Shown piece by piece: positions 25,563 through 36,870 of a stretch of DNA of 64,000 bases. This DNA comes from the human T2T-CHM13v2.0 reference genome, Homo sapiens. The notes under the pieces are model-generated. The model saw only the letters and a program-made list of their open reading frames with translations, had not been told where the DNA came from and ran no database searches. A program made the translations under genes and the position numbers. Location: NCBI RefSeq assembly GCF_009914755.1, contig NC_060930.1; one strand, written 5' to 3'. Within the stretch, counting starts at the first letter, position 1, and each line of letters starts with the position of its first letter.

Positions 25563-26753
25563 TGTTGACCTAAAAGGAAGAAGCTGAGGCAAAATTAATA
25601 AAAGTAGAAAGTTTATTTGGGCCCAGCTTGAAGATTACAACCCAGGAGCATTGATTCAAGTTGTCCCAAATATACTCTCCAGTTGGCAGCAGTTACAAGT
25701 ACACTGTTGAAGGGAAAGAAGAGTCCATTTCTGAGTTTGTTACCGGTGGCAGGCATCTGAGTTACTGGCGGTGAATCCATATGGGTCTGCAGCAACCTCA
25801 ATTTTTGCCTTCTCAGAAGAAAGAATTCAACTGAGGGGCATAAGGCAGAAGAAGAGACCGAAGCAAGTTTTAGAGCAGGAGCGAAAGTTTATTAAAAAGC
25901 TTTAGAACAGGAATGAAGGAAAGTACACTTGGAAGAGGTCCAAGTGGGCGACTTGAAGGGCAAGTAGTCAGCTTGACCTTTGCCTTGGGGTTTTATACAT
26001 TGGCCTACTTCCAGGGTCTTGCATCCTTTCTCCCCTGATTTTTCCCTTGGGGTCTGTTGTCTGCATGCACAGTGGCCTGCTAGCACTTGGGAGGTGAGCA
26101 TGCACAGTGTGTGTACTGGAGTTGTACACATGCTCACTTGAGACATTTTTTTCCCTCGCTGGTGGAATGTCCACGGAGGGTCATATACCTGTTAAACGCC
26201 ATCATTTTGCCTCTTAGTGCGCATGTGTGAGCCCACTCTTCCAACTCCTGAAATCTTATCAGGAAGCTGCTGATCACCAGTTTCAGGTTTTGTTTTTTTT
26301 TAAAAATCTATAGGGAGTCTGCTTTTCCCTGGCACTGACTGCGACCAATTGTTATTTTAGAGAGACAGTTAACAACTGCCTGGCCGTCACCTGATGGTCG
26401 CCTGACCTTCCTTGTTGTGATGGGCAAGCTCTCCTGCCCTGCTCATATCTGCCTGACTACCTACTGTAACAAGTTGTTTACCAAGACTGTACATTAAAAA
26501 TAACAACCTATAGATTGACTATACATTGTTAAGCTATAGGGTGTGGGTTATAGTGCCTGGAGCAGCATTATTAGGTTAGTTTATAGCTGTGGCAGTAGCA
26601 AGCAGTTTCAAGAGATAAATACAAGTCTCAAAAGGGAGGGAGTAGGATGTGATTGCTGCCTCATTTTAATGTCTCTCTGGGTCTGATAGTTTAAAAGGAC
26701 TCACATTCCCCAGATAAAAGTTCTTTTTTTTTTTGTTTTTTGTTTTTCTCTCA
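25563..26753 (-). mobile_element. 5' LTR of the ERV1 provirus, split by a solo LTR
   Basis: 25563-25737 plus 26476-26753 reconstitute the 245-675 LTR. Confidence 0.85.
25738..26471 (-). mobile_element. Solo LTR (MER50-like)
   Basis: 734 bp, TG...CA; minus strand begins tgttacagtaggtagtcaggcag; 4-bp TSD AGTT at 25734-25737 and 26472-26475, matching the empty site ctgagttgtttacc in the other LTR. Confidence 0.85.
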
Positions 26754-26819
26754 CATCTGTCAGACAGGAAGGGTTTCCTCCACATGGATGTGATGCTTAA
26801 ATTTTCTGAAAAATCAAGA

Positions 26820-28447
26820 CCAGCTTTGTTCATTTTGCTTAGGATTGTCTTGGCTTTATGGGCTCTTTTTTTGGTTCCATATGAAATTTAAAGTAGTTTT
26901 TTCTAATTCTGTAAACAAAGTCAATGGTAGCTTGATGGGGATAGCATTGAATCTATAAATTACTTTGGGCAGTGTGGCCATTTTCACGATATTGGTAACA
27001 AAGCTGGAGGCATCACGCTACCTGACTTCAAACTATACTACAAGGCTACAGTAAACAAAACAGCATGGTACTGGTACCAAAACAGATATGTAGACCAATG
27101 GAACAGAACAGAAATAATGCCACACATCTACAACCATCTGATCTTTGACAAACCTGACAAAAACAAGCAGTGGGGAAAGGGTTCCCTATTTAACAAGTGG
27201 TGTTGGGAAAACTGGTTAGCCATATGCAGAAAGCTGAAACTGGATCCCTTCATTACACCTTATACAAAAATTAACTCAAGATGGATTAAAGACTTAAACG
27301 TAAGACCTAAAACCATAAAAACTCTAGAAGAAAACCTAGGCAATGCCATTCAGGACATAGGCATGGGCAAAGATTTCGTGACTAAAACACCAAAAGCAAT
27401 GGCAACCAAAGCCAAAATTGACAAATGGGATCTAATTAAACTAAAGAGCTTCTGCACAGCAAAAGAAACTACCGTCAGAGTGAACAGGCAACCTACAGAA
27501 TGGGAGAAAATTTTTGAAATCTATCCATCTGACAAAGGGCTAATATCCAGAATCTACAAAGAACTTAAATTTACAAGAAAAAAACAACCCCATCAACAAG
27601 TGGGTGAAGGATATGAACAGTCGCTTCTGAAAAAAAGACATTTTTGTGGCCAAAAAACTCATGAAAAAAAGCTCATCATCACTGTTCATTAGAGAAATGC
27701 AAATCAAAACCACAATGAGATACCATCTCATGCCAGTTAGAATGGCGATCATTACAAAGTCAGGAAACAATAGATGCTGGGGAGGATGTGGAGAAATAGG
27801 AACCCTTTTACAATGTTGGTGGGAGTATACATTAGTTCAACCATTGTGGAAGACAGTGTGGCAATTCCTCAAGGATCTAGAACCAGAAATACCATTTGAC
27901 CCAGCAATCCCATTACTGGGTATATACCGAAAGGATTATAAATTATTCTGCTATAAAGACATATGCACACGTATGTTTATTGCAGCACTGTTCGCAGTAG
28001 CAAAGACTTGGAACCAACCCAAATGCCCATCAATGATAGGCTGGATAAAGAAAATGTGGCACATCTACACCATGGAATACTGTGCAGCCATAAAAAAGGA
28101 TGAGGTCATGTCCTTTGTAGGGACATGGATGAAGCTGGAAACCGTCATTCTCAGCAAACTAACGCAAGAACAGAAAACCAAACACTGCATATTCTCACTC
28201 ATAAGTGGGAGTTGAACAATGAGAACACATAGACACAGGGAAGGGAATATCACACACCAGGGCCTGTGAAGGGGTGGGGAGCCAGGGGAGGGATAGCATT
28301 AGGAGAAATACCTAATGCAGGAGACGGGTTGATAGGTGCAGCAAACCACCGTGGCACGTGTATACCTCTGTAACAAACCTGTATGTTTAATATCCTTAAT
28401 ATATAATAAAATTTTACAAATAAGTAGGAAAACTTAAATAAAAAAAA
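26820..28447 (+). mobile_element. L1 (L1PA7/8-like) with 5' inversion (twin priming)
   Basis: 26820-26994 is antisense ORF2; about 26997-28440 is sense ORF2 end and 3'UTR; TSD aaaa(a/g)tcaagaccag at 26809-26823 and 28444-28458. Confidence 0.9.
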
Positions 28448-30131
28448 GTCAAGACCAGAAGCCTCAGACATCTGTCTTTGCTGCTGATTACAGAAGCAGC
28501 CTACAGTTTCAGACAGTTCTGGGCAAGTGTAAAAGCCAGCCTAGAGAAAATGATACTTATTAGCAGGCAAAACCTCTGCTGAGGAGAATCCACAGGCAGG
28601 GAAGTGGCAATAATTGGGCCAGAGGCCAGGCCAGAGCTTGCCCTCTTTACTAACTGCAGGAAGAGCTCAGAAGGGAAAAAAAAAAGGAAGGCAGGGAGGA
28701 GGGGAATGCTTAACTGCCTTAGGAGAACAAACAGCTTTTAAATACTTTAGACCCATTTTTCACCTGTAACCAATTGATGTGCTAATTCCACTTCATTCTT
28801 CTTTGTGGCACCAAAGGAAGCTCTAAAGCCCCTACTTGCCAATAGCTTGTTTCAGATTATACTGTTTGTCCGTAGAAAAAAAATAAAACTACATTTCTTT
28901 AAAGCTAGTGTTTGATTTCTTTAAGAACAGCGTATAATAGAGAGTTTTAATAAATTCCATTTATTTCCACAATTGCCATCCAGGTCAGCCCTAGGTCCCC
29001 CTCTGTCAGGGCCAGGGCCCAAGTAAGGAGAAACATGTCTGGGAGCTGTGATGACGTCACCCTCAAGAGGTTAGGGACATTTTGGAACATCTGTAGCTTC
29101 CTGATTCACAGGCCTCCTTTATGTTACTAAAGAAATGATGCAGGTCATCCATGAGCACCCCAGCTGGGAGTACACGCTCCATACTTTCCCACCTAGGAGA
29201 TCAGCCTTCCTTTTATTTGCCAGAACTCAACTCTGCAGCCTCACCCAGCAGAATCTTTCATCTTAGACTTGGGGGTCAGGGGGATGGGGACACAAGTCCT
29301 GGGTGTCCTCTTCTGGAGGGCACCCTTCCCAGCTTTAAGTCTCAGCCCCTTTCCTTTACAGCCTCATCTTGCAGCCTGAGGGAACAGCCTCATATTCAGG
29401 CTTCCTTTTGCCTTCTCTGCTTCACCTTGATTGAAGCTACCCTTCTCTGCACCTTCTTTAAGGTAAGCAAATGCCATTTTTTGGAAGCTGGTCTTGAAAC
29501 TGCCTTCGCAAAATTATAAGTAATGAGGGAAATCTAACATGACTGACTGAGGTTAGAGGTTACTTCTAACCTCACAAGCTAAATTATTGTTTTGTTTTTG
29601 TTTTTTTGCTTATTCTAGTGTTGAGGCCAAGATAACGATGAGAGGACTTTAGTTCACAGGTAAAGTTTGAAGCGAGGAAAACTGATCCTCTCCTTGTCCA
29701 GAGATTGAAGCTACATTCATATGACAAGGCTAGAACTATGGTGGAGGCTTGAACTTTGTTAAGGAATCAGCATAAATAGTAACCTGCCATTGCTTAGTTT
29801 GCTTTTCTATAAATTGCTTACTACCCCACCATCACATAATCAAAGATTGCAAGATTTATAACTTCCCCCAACTACTCCTATACATGACATCACTATTGTG
29901 AAACCTAAAGAACTGATCTTTGAGATATTTTTTCAGATTTAGCATTTTGGTAAACCAAAAGATGCCACCTGGTCCTGAGACCCCCCTCCCTACACCCTGC
30001 TACCAAGAACTGACTCAGCTGCATGAAGACAGTTTAGACACCCCTGTGATTTCATCCTAAGCCAATCAATTGTTTCATTTCTCCAGTATCCTGCTCACCA
30101 AAGTACTCTTAAAAACCCTAGCCTCTGGATT

Positions 30132-31841
30132 TATTTATTTATTTATTTACATTTTTTCATTTAAAAAATTTCATGGTATATAGTAGGTCTATATATTTAA
30201 GGGGTACGTGAGATGTTTTGATACAGGCATGCAATGTGAAATAAGCACATCATGGAGAATAGAGTAATCATTCCCTCAAGCATTTATCCTTCGAGTTACA
30301 AACAATCTAGTTGCACTCTTTAAATTATTTTAAAATGTACAGTTAGGTTATTATTGACTATAGTCACCCTGTTGTGCTATCAAATAGCACAAAGTAGTTC
30401 TTATTCATCCTTTCCATTTTTTTATGCCCATTAACCATCTCCACTCCTCCCCAGTTCCACACTATTCTTCCCAGCCTCTGGTAACTAACCTTCTACTCTC
30501 TCTGCCCATGAGTTCAATTGTTTTGATTTTTAGATCCCACAAATAAGTGAGAACATGCGACGTTTATCTTTCTATGCCTGGCTTATTTCGCTTAACATAA
30601 TGATCTCCAGTTCTATCCATGTTGTTGCAAATGACAGGATCTCATTCTTTTTTATGACTGAATAGTACTCCATTGTGTATCTGTCCCGCATTTTCTTTAT
30701 CCATTCATCTCTTGATGGACACTTAGGTTGCTTCCAGATGTTAGCTATCGTAAACAGTGCTGCAGCAAACATAGAAGTGCAGATATCTCTTTGATATACT
30801 GATTTCTTTTCTTTTTGGTATATACCCAGCAGTGGGATTGCTGGATCATATGGTAGCTCGATTTTTAGTTTTTTAAGGAACCTCCAAACTGTTCTCCATA
30901 GTGGATGTACTAATTTGCATTCCCACCAAAAGTGTACAAAGGTTCCCTTTTCTCTACATCCTCATCAACATTTGTTATTGCCTATCTTTTAGATATATGC
31001 CATTTTAACTGGAATGAAATGATATCTCATTATAGTTTTGATTTGCATTTCTCTAATGATCAATGAAGTCAAGCACATTTTCATATGTGACATGGTTTGG
31101 CTCTGTGTCTCCACCCAAATCTCATCTCGAATGGTAATCCCTACGTGTTGAGGGAGGGACCTGTAATCCCCACAAGTCGAGGGAGGGAGGTGATTGGATC
31201 ATGAGAGTGGTTCCCCCCGTGCTGTTCTCATGATAATGAGTCCTCTTGAGATCTGATGGTTTTATAAATGTTTCACAGTTCTTCCTTCACACGTTCTCTC
31301 TCCTGCTGCCTTGTGAAGAAGGTGCTTGCTTCCCCTTCACCTTCTGCCTTGATTGTAAGTTTCCTGAGGCCTCCTCAGCCATGTGCAATTGTGAGCCAAT
31401 TAAACTTCTTTCCTTTATAAATTACCCAGTCCGTCTTGGGTATTTCTTTATGGCAGTGTGAAAATGGACTAATATGATATGCCTGTTTGCCATTTGTATG
31501 TCTTCTTTTGAGAAATGTCTGTTCAAATCTTTTGCCCATTTTTTTGATTGGATGATTAGATTTTTTTTCTTGTAAAGTTGAGCTCCTTATATATTCTGGT
31601 TATTCATCCCTTGTCAGATAGGTAGTTTGCACATATTTCCTCCTACTCTATGGGTTGTCTCTTCACTTTATTGATTGTATCATTTGCTGTGCAGAAGCTT
31701 TTTAACTTGATATCGTCACATTTGTCCATTTTTGCTTTGGTTGCCTGTGCTTTTGGGGTATTGCTCAAGAAATTCTTGCTCAGACTAATGTCCTGAAGAT
31801 TTTCCCCAATGTTTTCTTGTAATAATTTCATAGTTTGAGGT
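30132..31841 (-). mobile_element. 5'-truncated L1MA1/2-like element inside the LTR
   Basis: L1MA-type 3'UTR and ORF2 C-terminal peptides; TSD ctagcctctggatt / ctagcttctgaatt at 30118-30131 and 31842-31855. Confidence 0.85.
31088..31476 (+). mobile_element. MaLR solo LTR (THE1/MST-like) inside the L1MA
   Basis: tgacatggtttggctctgtgtc...ggactaatatg; 5-bp TSD ATATG at 31083-31087 and 31477-31481. Confidence 0.88.
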
Positions 31842-32059
31842 CTAGCTTCTGAATTATCAGGGAGGCAGATTTGAGAAATAACATCGTCTCTATCATCCTT
31901 TCATTTGCCTGGCCCTGCAATTATTAAGCTCTTTCTTTGCTGCAGTACCTGCTGTTCCTAGTGCATTGTCTTTTCTGGGCAGCAGGAAGAAAGAACCCAT
32001 TGGGCTATGACAGTCTGACTTCCAGTGCCAGAGGAAATTCACTCACTGCAAATGTCATT

Positions 32060-32987
32060 TACCTAGTACTTCCAATTCTCCTTCCAGGCACATGGAAGTA
32101 TTACATTTCCCTGTCCCTTGGAGCCAAGCTTGGCCATGTGACATGCTGTGTGAACCACAGTGGTATGTGTCACTTCTGGGTGGAAGCATTCAGAGCTAGT
32201 GTGTGATTTTCCGTGCTGGAGGTTTCCTTATGCTGTGGGAACCACTATTGTATCAGACAGTGGCTTCTCTGAGAAAGCTGCTCAGCCTCCAAGGGGGACA
32301 CAGTCTCCAGAGCTCACTCCTGACTTGGCCAAAGAGAAAGAATATTCCAGAGGGCTGATCCAGAGATCTCAGAGGGCAGTGGACAATGGGAGCTTCTTTC
32401 AGAGCTGGAAATGAAGGCCTAATCAAGAAACAATCCCCATCCAATGATAGGTGCCCTCAAAGTGGGCAGGGCGGGTGTTTGTTGTCTGCTAAATTCTCCA
32501 TTCCCCTTTTAGGACTGGAGTGTCATTCTGCCCCTACACCACATTTGTACATTGTGGGTATGGGGCAGATAACTTGTCATAGGCATTCATATCAGGAAAA
32601 AACACACATCCAATGTAGACCTGATGATGGGAATATTGTGCATTGCCCAGGGATCTGGGACCTCCACCAGAGGTCTGCACAGACTTACAGATTGTCTTCC
32701 TAAGGGAGGAAGCACTTGCTTTGGTCAATGAAATGTTAATGGGGTTGATATGGGTCGCCTCTGAGCAGTGAACAATTTGTCATTTCTGTCTCTCCCTTTG
32801 CCGTGATGATAGACACTGTTTCAGATGGTGACGACTCCGTCAGACCAATTCCAGTGTGTTGATAATTTAGAGCTCCCAGCCAATTGAAAGACTTGTTTCA
32901 TGAGCAAGAAATCAACCTTTTGTTAATCATTCTAAGCCAGTGAGGTTTTGGTAACCAGAGCATAATCTAGTTCATTCTGACTGATAC
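32060..32987 (+). mobile_element. Old MLT1-type LTR fragments
   Basis: ggccatgtgac motif and MLT1-like 3' terminus (taagccagtgaggtttt...ctgactgatac); internal boundaries uncertain. Confidence 0.45.
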
Positions 32988-33285
32988 TCTCTAACACACA
33001 TTAATTCTTTCATTCAACAAATGTTGACTTAATGTGTGCTGCCTTGAGCCCCCAAAATGCAGAAATTAATAAAGTGCAGTTCACTGCCTTTAAGGTGCTC
33101 ACTGTTTAAGGGAGACAGACCAGGCCAATAGACAAGCGACATTACCCTTCCACCTCATGCATATCTGCGACAGATATTAGCACTCTGGCACTTTTCTAAC
33201 TGTCTTCCAATAATCTCTGTATATTTCCCCTAAAAGCTCAATACTCTCAAAGATCTTATAGGACAGGGATTGGTTGGGGGGGTGG

Positions 33286-33505
33286 GTTGATGGATGGATG
33301 GATGGATGGATGGATGGATGGATGGATGGATGGATGGATGGATAGTTGTGTGGCTGAGTGAGTGGATGGATGGATGGATGGATGGATGGATGGATGGATA
33401 GATGGATGGATAGATAGTTGTTTGGCTGGGTGAGTGGATGGATGGATGAATGGGTGGATGGATGGATAAATGGATGGATGGATGGACAAGTGGACAGATG
33501 GATGA
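33286..33505. repeat. (GGAT)n/(TCCA)n microsatellite, interrupted
   Basis: Tandem ggat units seen directly. Confidence 0.97.
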
Positions 33506-34555
33506 AAGGAAGGAATCAGGTGGAGCTAGTTTGATTGAAGAAGCACTTTCTCAGGGCCCATCCTCCACCCTTTCTCCACACCATATCAAGCTCCACAGCA
33601 GTAGGAACAATCGTGTGATCCTTCTCTGGTTCTCAAGTATTAGCAGCCTGATAATATTGATTCTAGAAATTTGCCTGAGTGATGGCAATACATACTTCTC
33701 TATTCATTTGAGAAACCTTTATTAAAAACTTATAGCCGCCCTACCTTTGAAGGGTCAGATATGATATATGATTCCTGAATAGATATACCACATTTTTGGC
33801 CTCTGATCATCTTTCTACAAAAGCCCACCAAAACTCCTGTACCCCACATTTCTCTTGTCTACTTTATGCTGCCACTGACTTGTTAGGAATGTGGAGTGAG
33901 TCTAAGAGAGCCTCAAACCTGCCTTCTCTCCACAGTTGCTTGTAATAGGGAGAGTGGTTTAGGTTGAATTAGCATATCAGCATGCCTTTTAAAATGTTTT
34001 GTTTGCTCCCAAACATAATTTGAGACAGTTTACTAAATAGCATATTCTGCAGTAGATGTTACTGTAAGAAATGAAGGTTGAGTTCCCCGGACAGCCTGAC
34101 TACTTAATTTCAGGCGGGGCTGGTTCTAGGCTAAATTGTGAGGTCAAAATCATAATCTCTACCTCTGTTTTCAACATCCTTGTCTCACCTATATCTCCCT
34201 GATCCAGCCTGGGCACTATAAAGAACTGGCAGTCAGGAGGTCAGGGTTCATCCAGGATCCTCTGGTAAGTAGCTGTGTAGGTCATGCCATGTCCCTGAGT
34301 CTTGGCCCTCTCCTCTGCAAGAGTCCAAGGTCATACTCAGCATCCTCCTATGTTCTTGCCAGGCCCAGCACTCTAAAATTTTGTTGCCTACTTATAAGAG
34401 TAACATTTTAATTTCAAACTAAATGTTATTTATGATTAAAGAGGTAATATAATTGTGTACTTCAAAACTCATGATAATATGAAAAGATACACAGTAAGAA
34501 GTCTTGTCCTGCTCCATCTCTAGCCACCTAATTCCCTCCTCCCCCCATCTAGAAC

Positions 34556-35024
34556 TGTGAACGGTTTGATTTTACCCTGCTTGCAAGCTAACATATAAGC
34601 CACCACTGTTATACAGGCAGAAGATGTAAGAATTAGGTAAGAAACAAAGGACTTCATTACTCATGGCACAACAGACAGCATGCATTTGATATTCATACCA
34701 GTTCCTTGTGTCCCCCAGGGCGGGCATGTGGAGTGGCCAAGGTGGGTGCCATACATGCAGTAGGTTTGCATCATAATTCAGGAATCCCGAGATTAGGAAA
34801 CCCTAATGTTTTATATTGGGCTGAGAACATACCTACCCAATATTTGCCCTGGAGAAAGACATTATTTTACTTTTACCAGACAGCAAACAAATCTCTTTTC
34901 TGCTCTGGAGAGAGACACTATATCTTCTAAGCCTGTTTCTGTACACACATCCTTGGAAAAATAATCTACAACATATGCTGTCATGGTCTCTGCTCAGAAG
35001 ACATGCAGAAAATTGTCTCCCAGC
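34556..35024 (-). mobile_element. ERVL-type solo LTR (MER73/MER74-like)
   Basis: tgtgaacggtttgattttaccctgcttgcaagctaac...ttgtctcccagca resembles the reverse complement of this LTR group. Confidence 0.5.
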
Positions 35025-35454
35025 ACCCCACACCTAGCCATCTAGATGTCTGCTCTTATTAGTTTCTTGTGTATCCTTCCAACATTTGTATATGTAACTA
35101 TAAGCAAATATATTTTCTAATTTTATGCTGTTTGTTATATGAAAGCTGAACACCACATTCATGGTTATATACTTTGGTTTTTTTAGTTAACAATGTAAGT
35201 TTTTCTCTTTTATTCTGCTGCAGAGTACCCATTGTACAGACATACCATAGTTGATTTGGCCAATCCCCTATATATGGACACTTTTTGCTGTTTCAAATAA
35301 TGCTGCAATAGGTGATCTTGAACATTTAGAATGAAGAGGGATTGGTTACTGAGCTAGATGGTGATTGAATTTGTAATTTATTAGATATTGTGAAATTTCT
35401 CTACATAAAGGTTATATACTATTTTGTGCTTTCACCAGTTTTACCAATTTTATC

Positions 35455-35710
35455 AGTGAAGGGGCTGGGCAATCTTCTCAAGAACAGTAACCAAACAGGA
35501 GGCTGACAGGTTGCAAAATAGGAAGGAAGGAGTTAACTTTTGCCCCCTCCAACCTTGCAGTCTCCATCTAGTGCCCCCTCTTGGCAGAGCCTAAGAGGTC
35601 AACAGCTGTCAAACTAGAGAAGGGGTTTGCAGAGGTCCAGCCCCAGCATTGCAAAGCAGAAGCGAGAGGGGTGGGTTTGGAGCTGAGAGTCAGTAACAAA
35701 AACTAGCACA
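35455..35710. mobile_element. Ancient LTR fragment (LTR41/LTR33-like) within old L1M sequence (about 35030-35900)
   Basis: GC-richer insert between AT-rich L1M-like flanks; motifs ccccagcattgcaaagcag and gggtttggagctgaga. Confidence 0.4.
35559..35587 (-). promoter_or_regulatory. Putative CTCF site(s)
   Basis: Minus strand ctgccaagagggggcactagatggagact: a strong core match plus an overlapping second core (gcactagatggag). Confidence 0.55.
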
Positions 35711-36664
35711 TCTCTAGGTGTATTTGTCAAACATTTGGATTTTTGCCAACCTAATAGGTGAGAAATGGTATCTCAATGGAGTTTTAACATGCATTCTTAT
35801 GAGTGACATTGACCGATTTTTTTATAAGTTTAAGGGCAATGTATGTACATTTTCTGTTAACTCACTGTATCCATTGGCTATTTTTCATTTGGGTTGTTGG
35901 CTTTTTCAGCAACATCTTAGTGCAAATAGGCACAAGTAAGCTGAGTAATTAATCCTATCCAGAGTATGGCCATGCTTAAAGAGGCAGCAGAGCTCAACTC
36001 AGAAGAACGAAGCTCCATCGGGAGAGTCTTAGACATGGCAATGCCCAGCTTGGGAGATCAGTAGGCCACCTGTGACCTTCACAGCACACACTCTTAGCTC
36101 AAGCCTATACTCCTTGTGTAGCTCAGGCCCTGGCCTTGGAAGCCACCCATGCCTGCCTTGCCCTGGAGTGGCCTTCTGGCTGCCTCCACTCTGGCTTCGA
36201 TTGTTATTTCCACACCTGTAGTCTCCTTGGTGAGCCCTTCAAGAGACATGCTGGATCCTTATTTGTGCTTGAAATACAGGTGATTTCTGCTGTCGCCACT
36301 TCCCCAAGTGGCTCATCCAAGGTAGGACATTCTGTCACAGGGCAGTGTTTGCAAAACCTGGAAAGTACTGGAGAGTTTTAGACAAATTCAGGGTGTGTGA
36401 CATTGGATATAAAACACACTTTCCAAAAAGGGAACAGAAACCCACACACATGATTAAATCATAGAACACGTTGGGGAAAACTCCTGTCCTCTCAGCTGTG
36501 AACCAAGAAGGAAGCAGAAAAGTTCTCCAACCTCCCAGAGGTCAGTGTGCCCGAGATCACATGCTTCACTCATGCTGAGCTCCTCAGGCCTCTGTTCACA
36601 GCCTGCTAGTTCTTCTATTGACAGGGAGGGGTGATTTGCAAAAGAAAAGCAATGTTTAGCTTTT

Positions 36665-36870
36665 AATAACAGTTACCGTTTATTGAATGATGACTGTTGA
36701 GTGGTACCTGCCTTTCATGTTTTATTTCTAGTGTCTACAACAAGCTGGCAAAGCAGTGCAGTTATCCCCATTTTATAAATGAGAAACGGAGGCCCAGAGA
36801 GGTCAGGTAACATGTGCAGGGCACACACGTGGTAAGCCTGGAGTGAGTCTGATTGATTGGGATGAGAGCT
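36665..36870 (-). mobile_element. MIR
   Basis: MIR core ccccattttataaatgagaaacggaggcccagagaggtc. Confidence 0.7.

Larger units (their letters stand above)
29495..32012 (+). mobile_element. ERV1 solo LTR (LTR8/LTR26-like), interrupted
   Basis: Begins tgaaactgccttcgcaaaattata and ends ...ggctatgaca; exact 4-bp TSD GTCT at 29491-29494 and 32013-32016. Confidence 0.8.

Noticed and set aside
33256-33489. Repetitive HPSI peptide ORF
   Set aside because: Translation of the (TCCA)n microsatellite.
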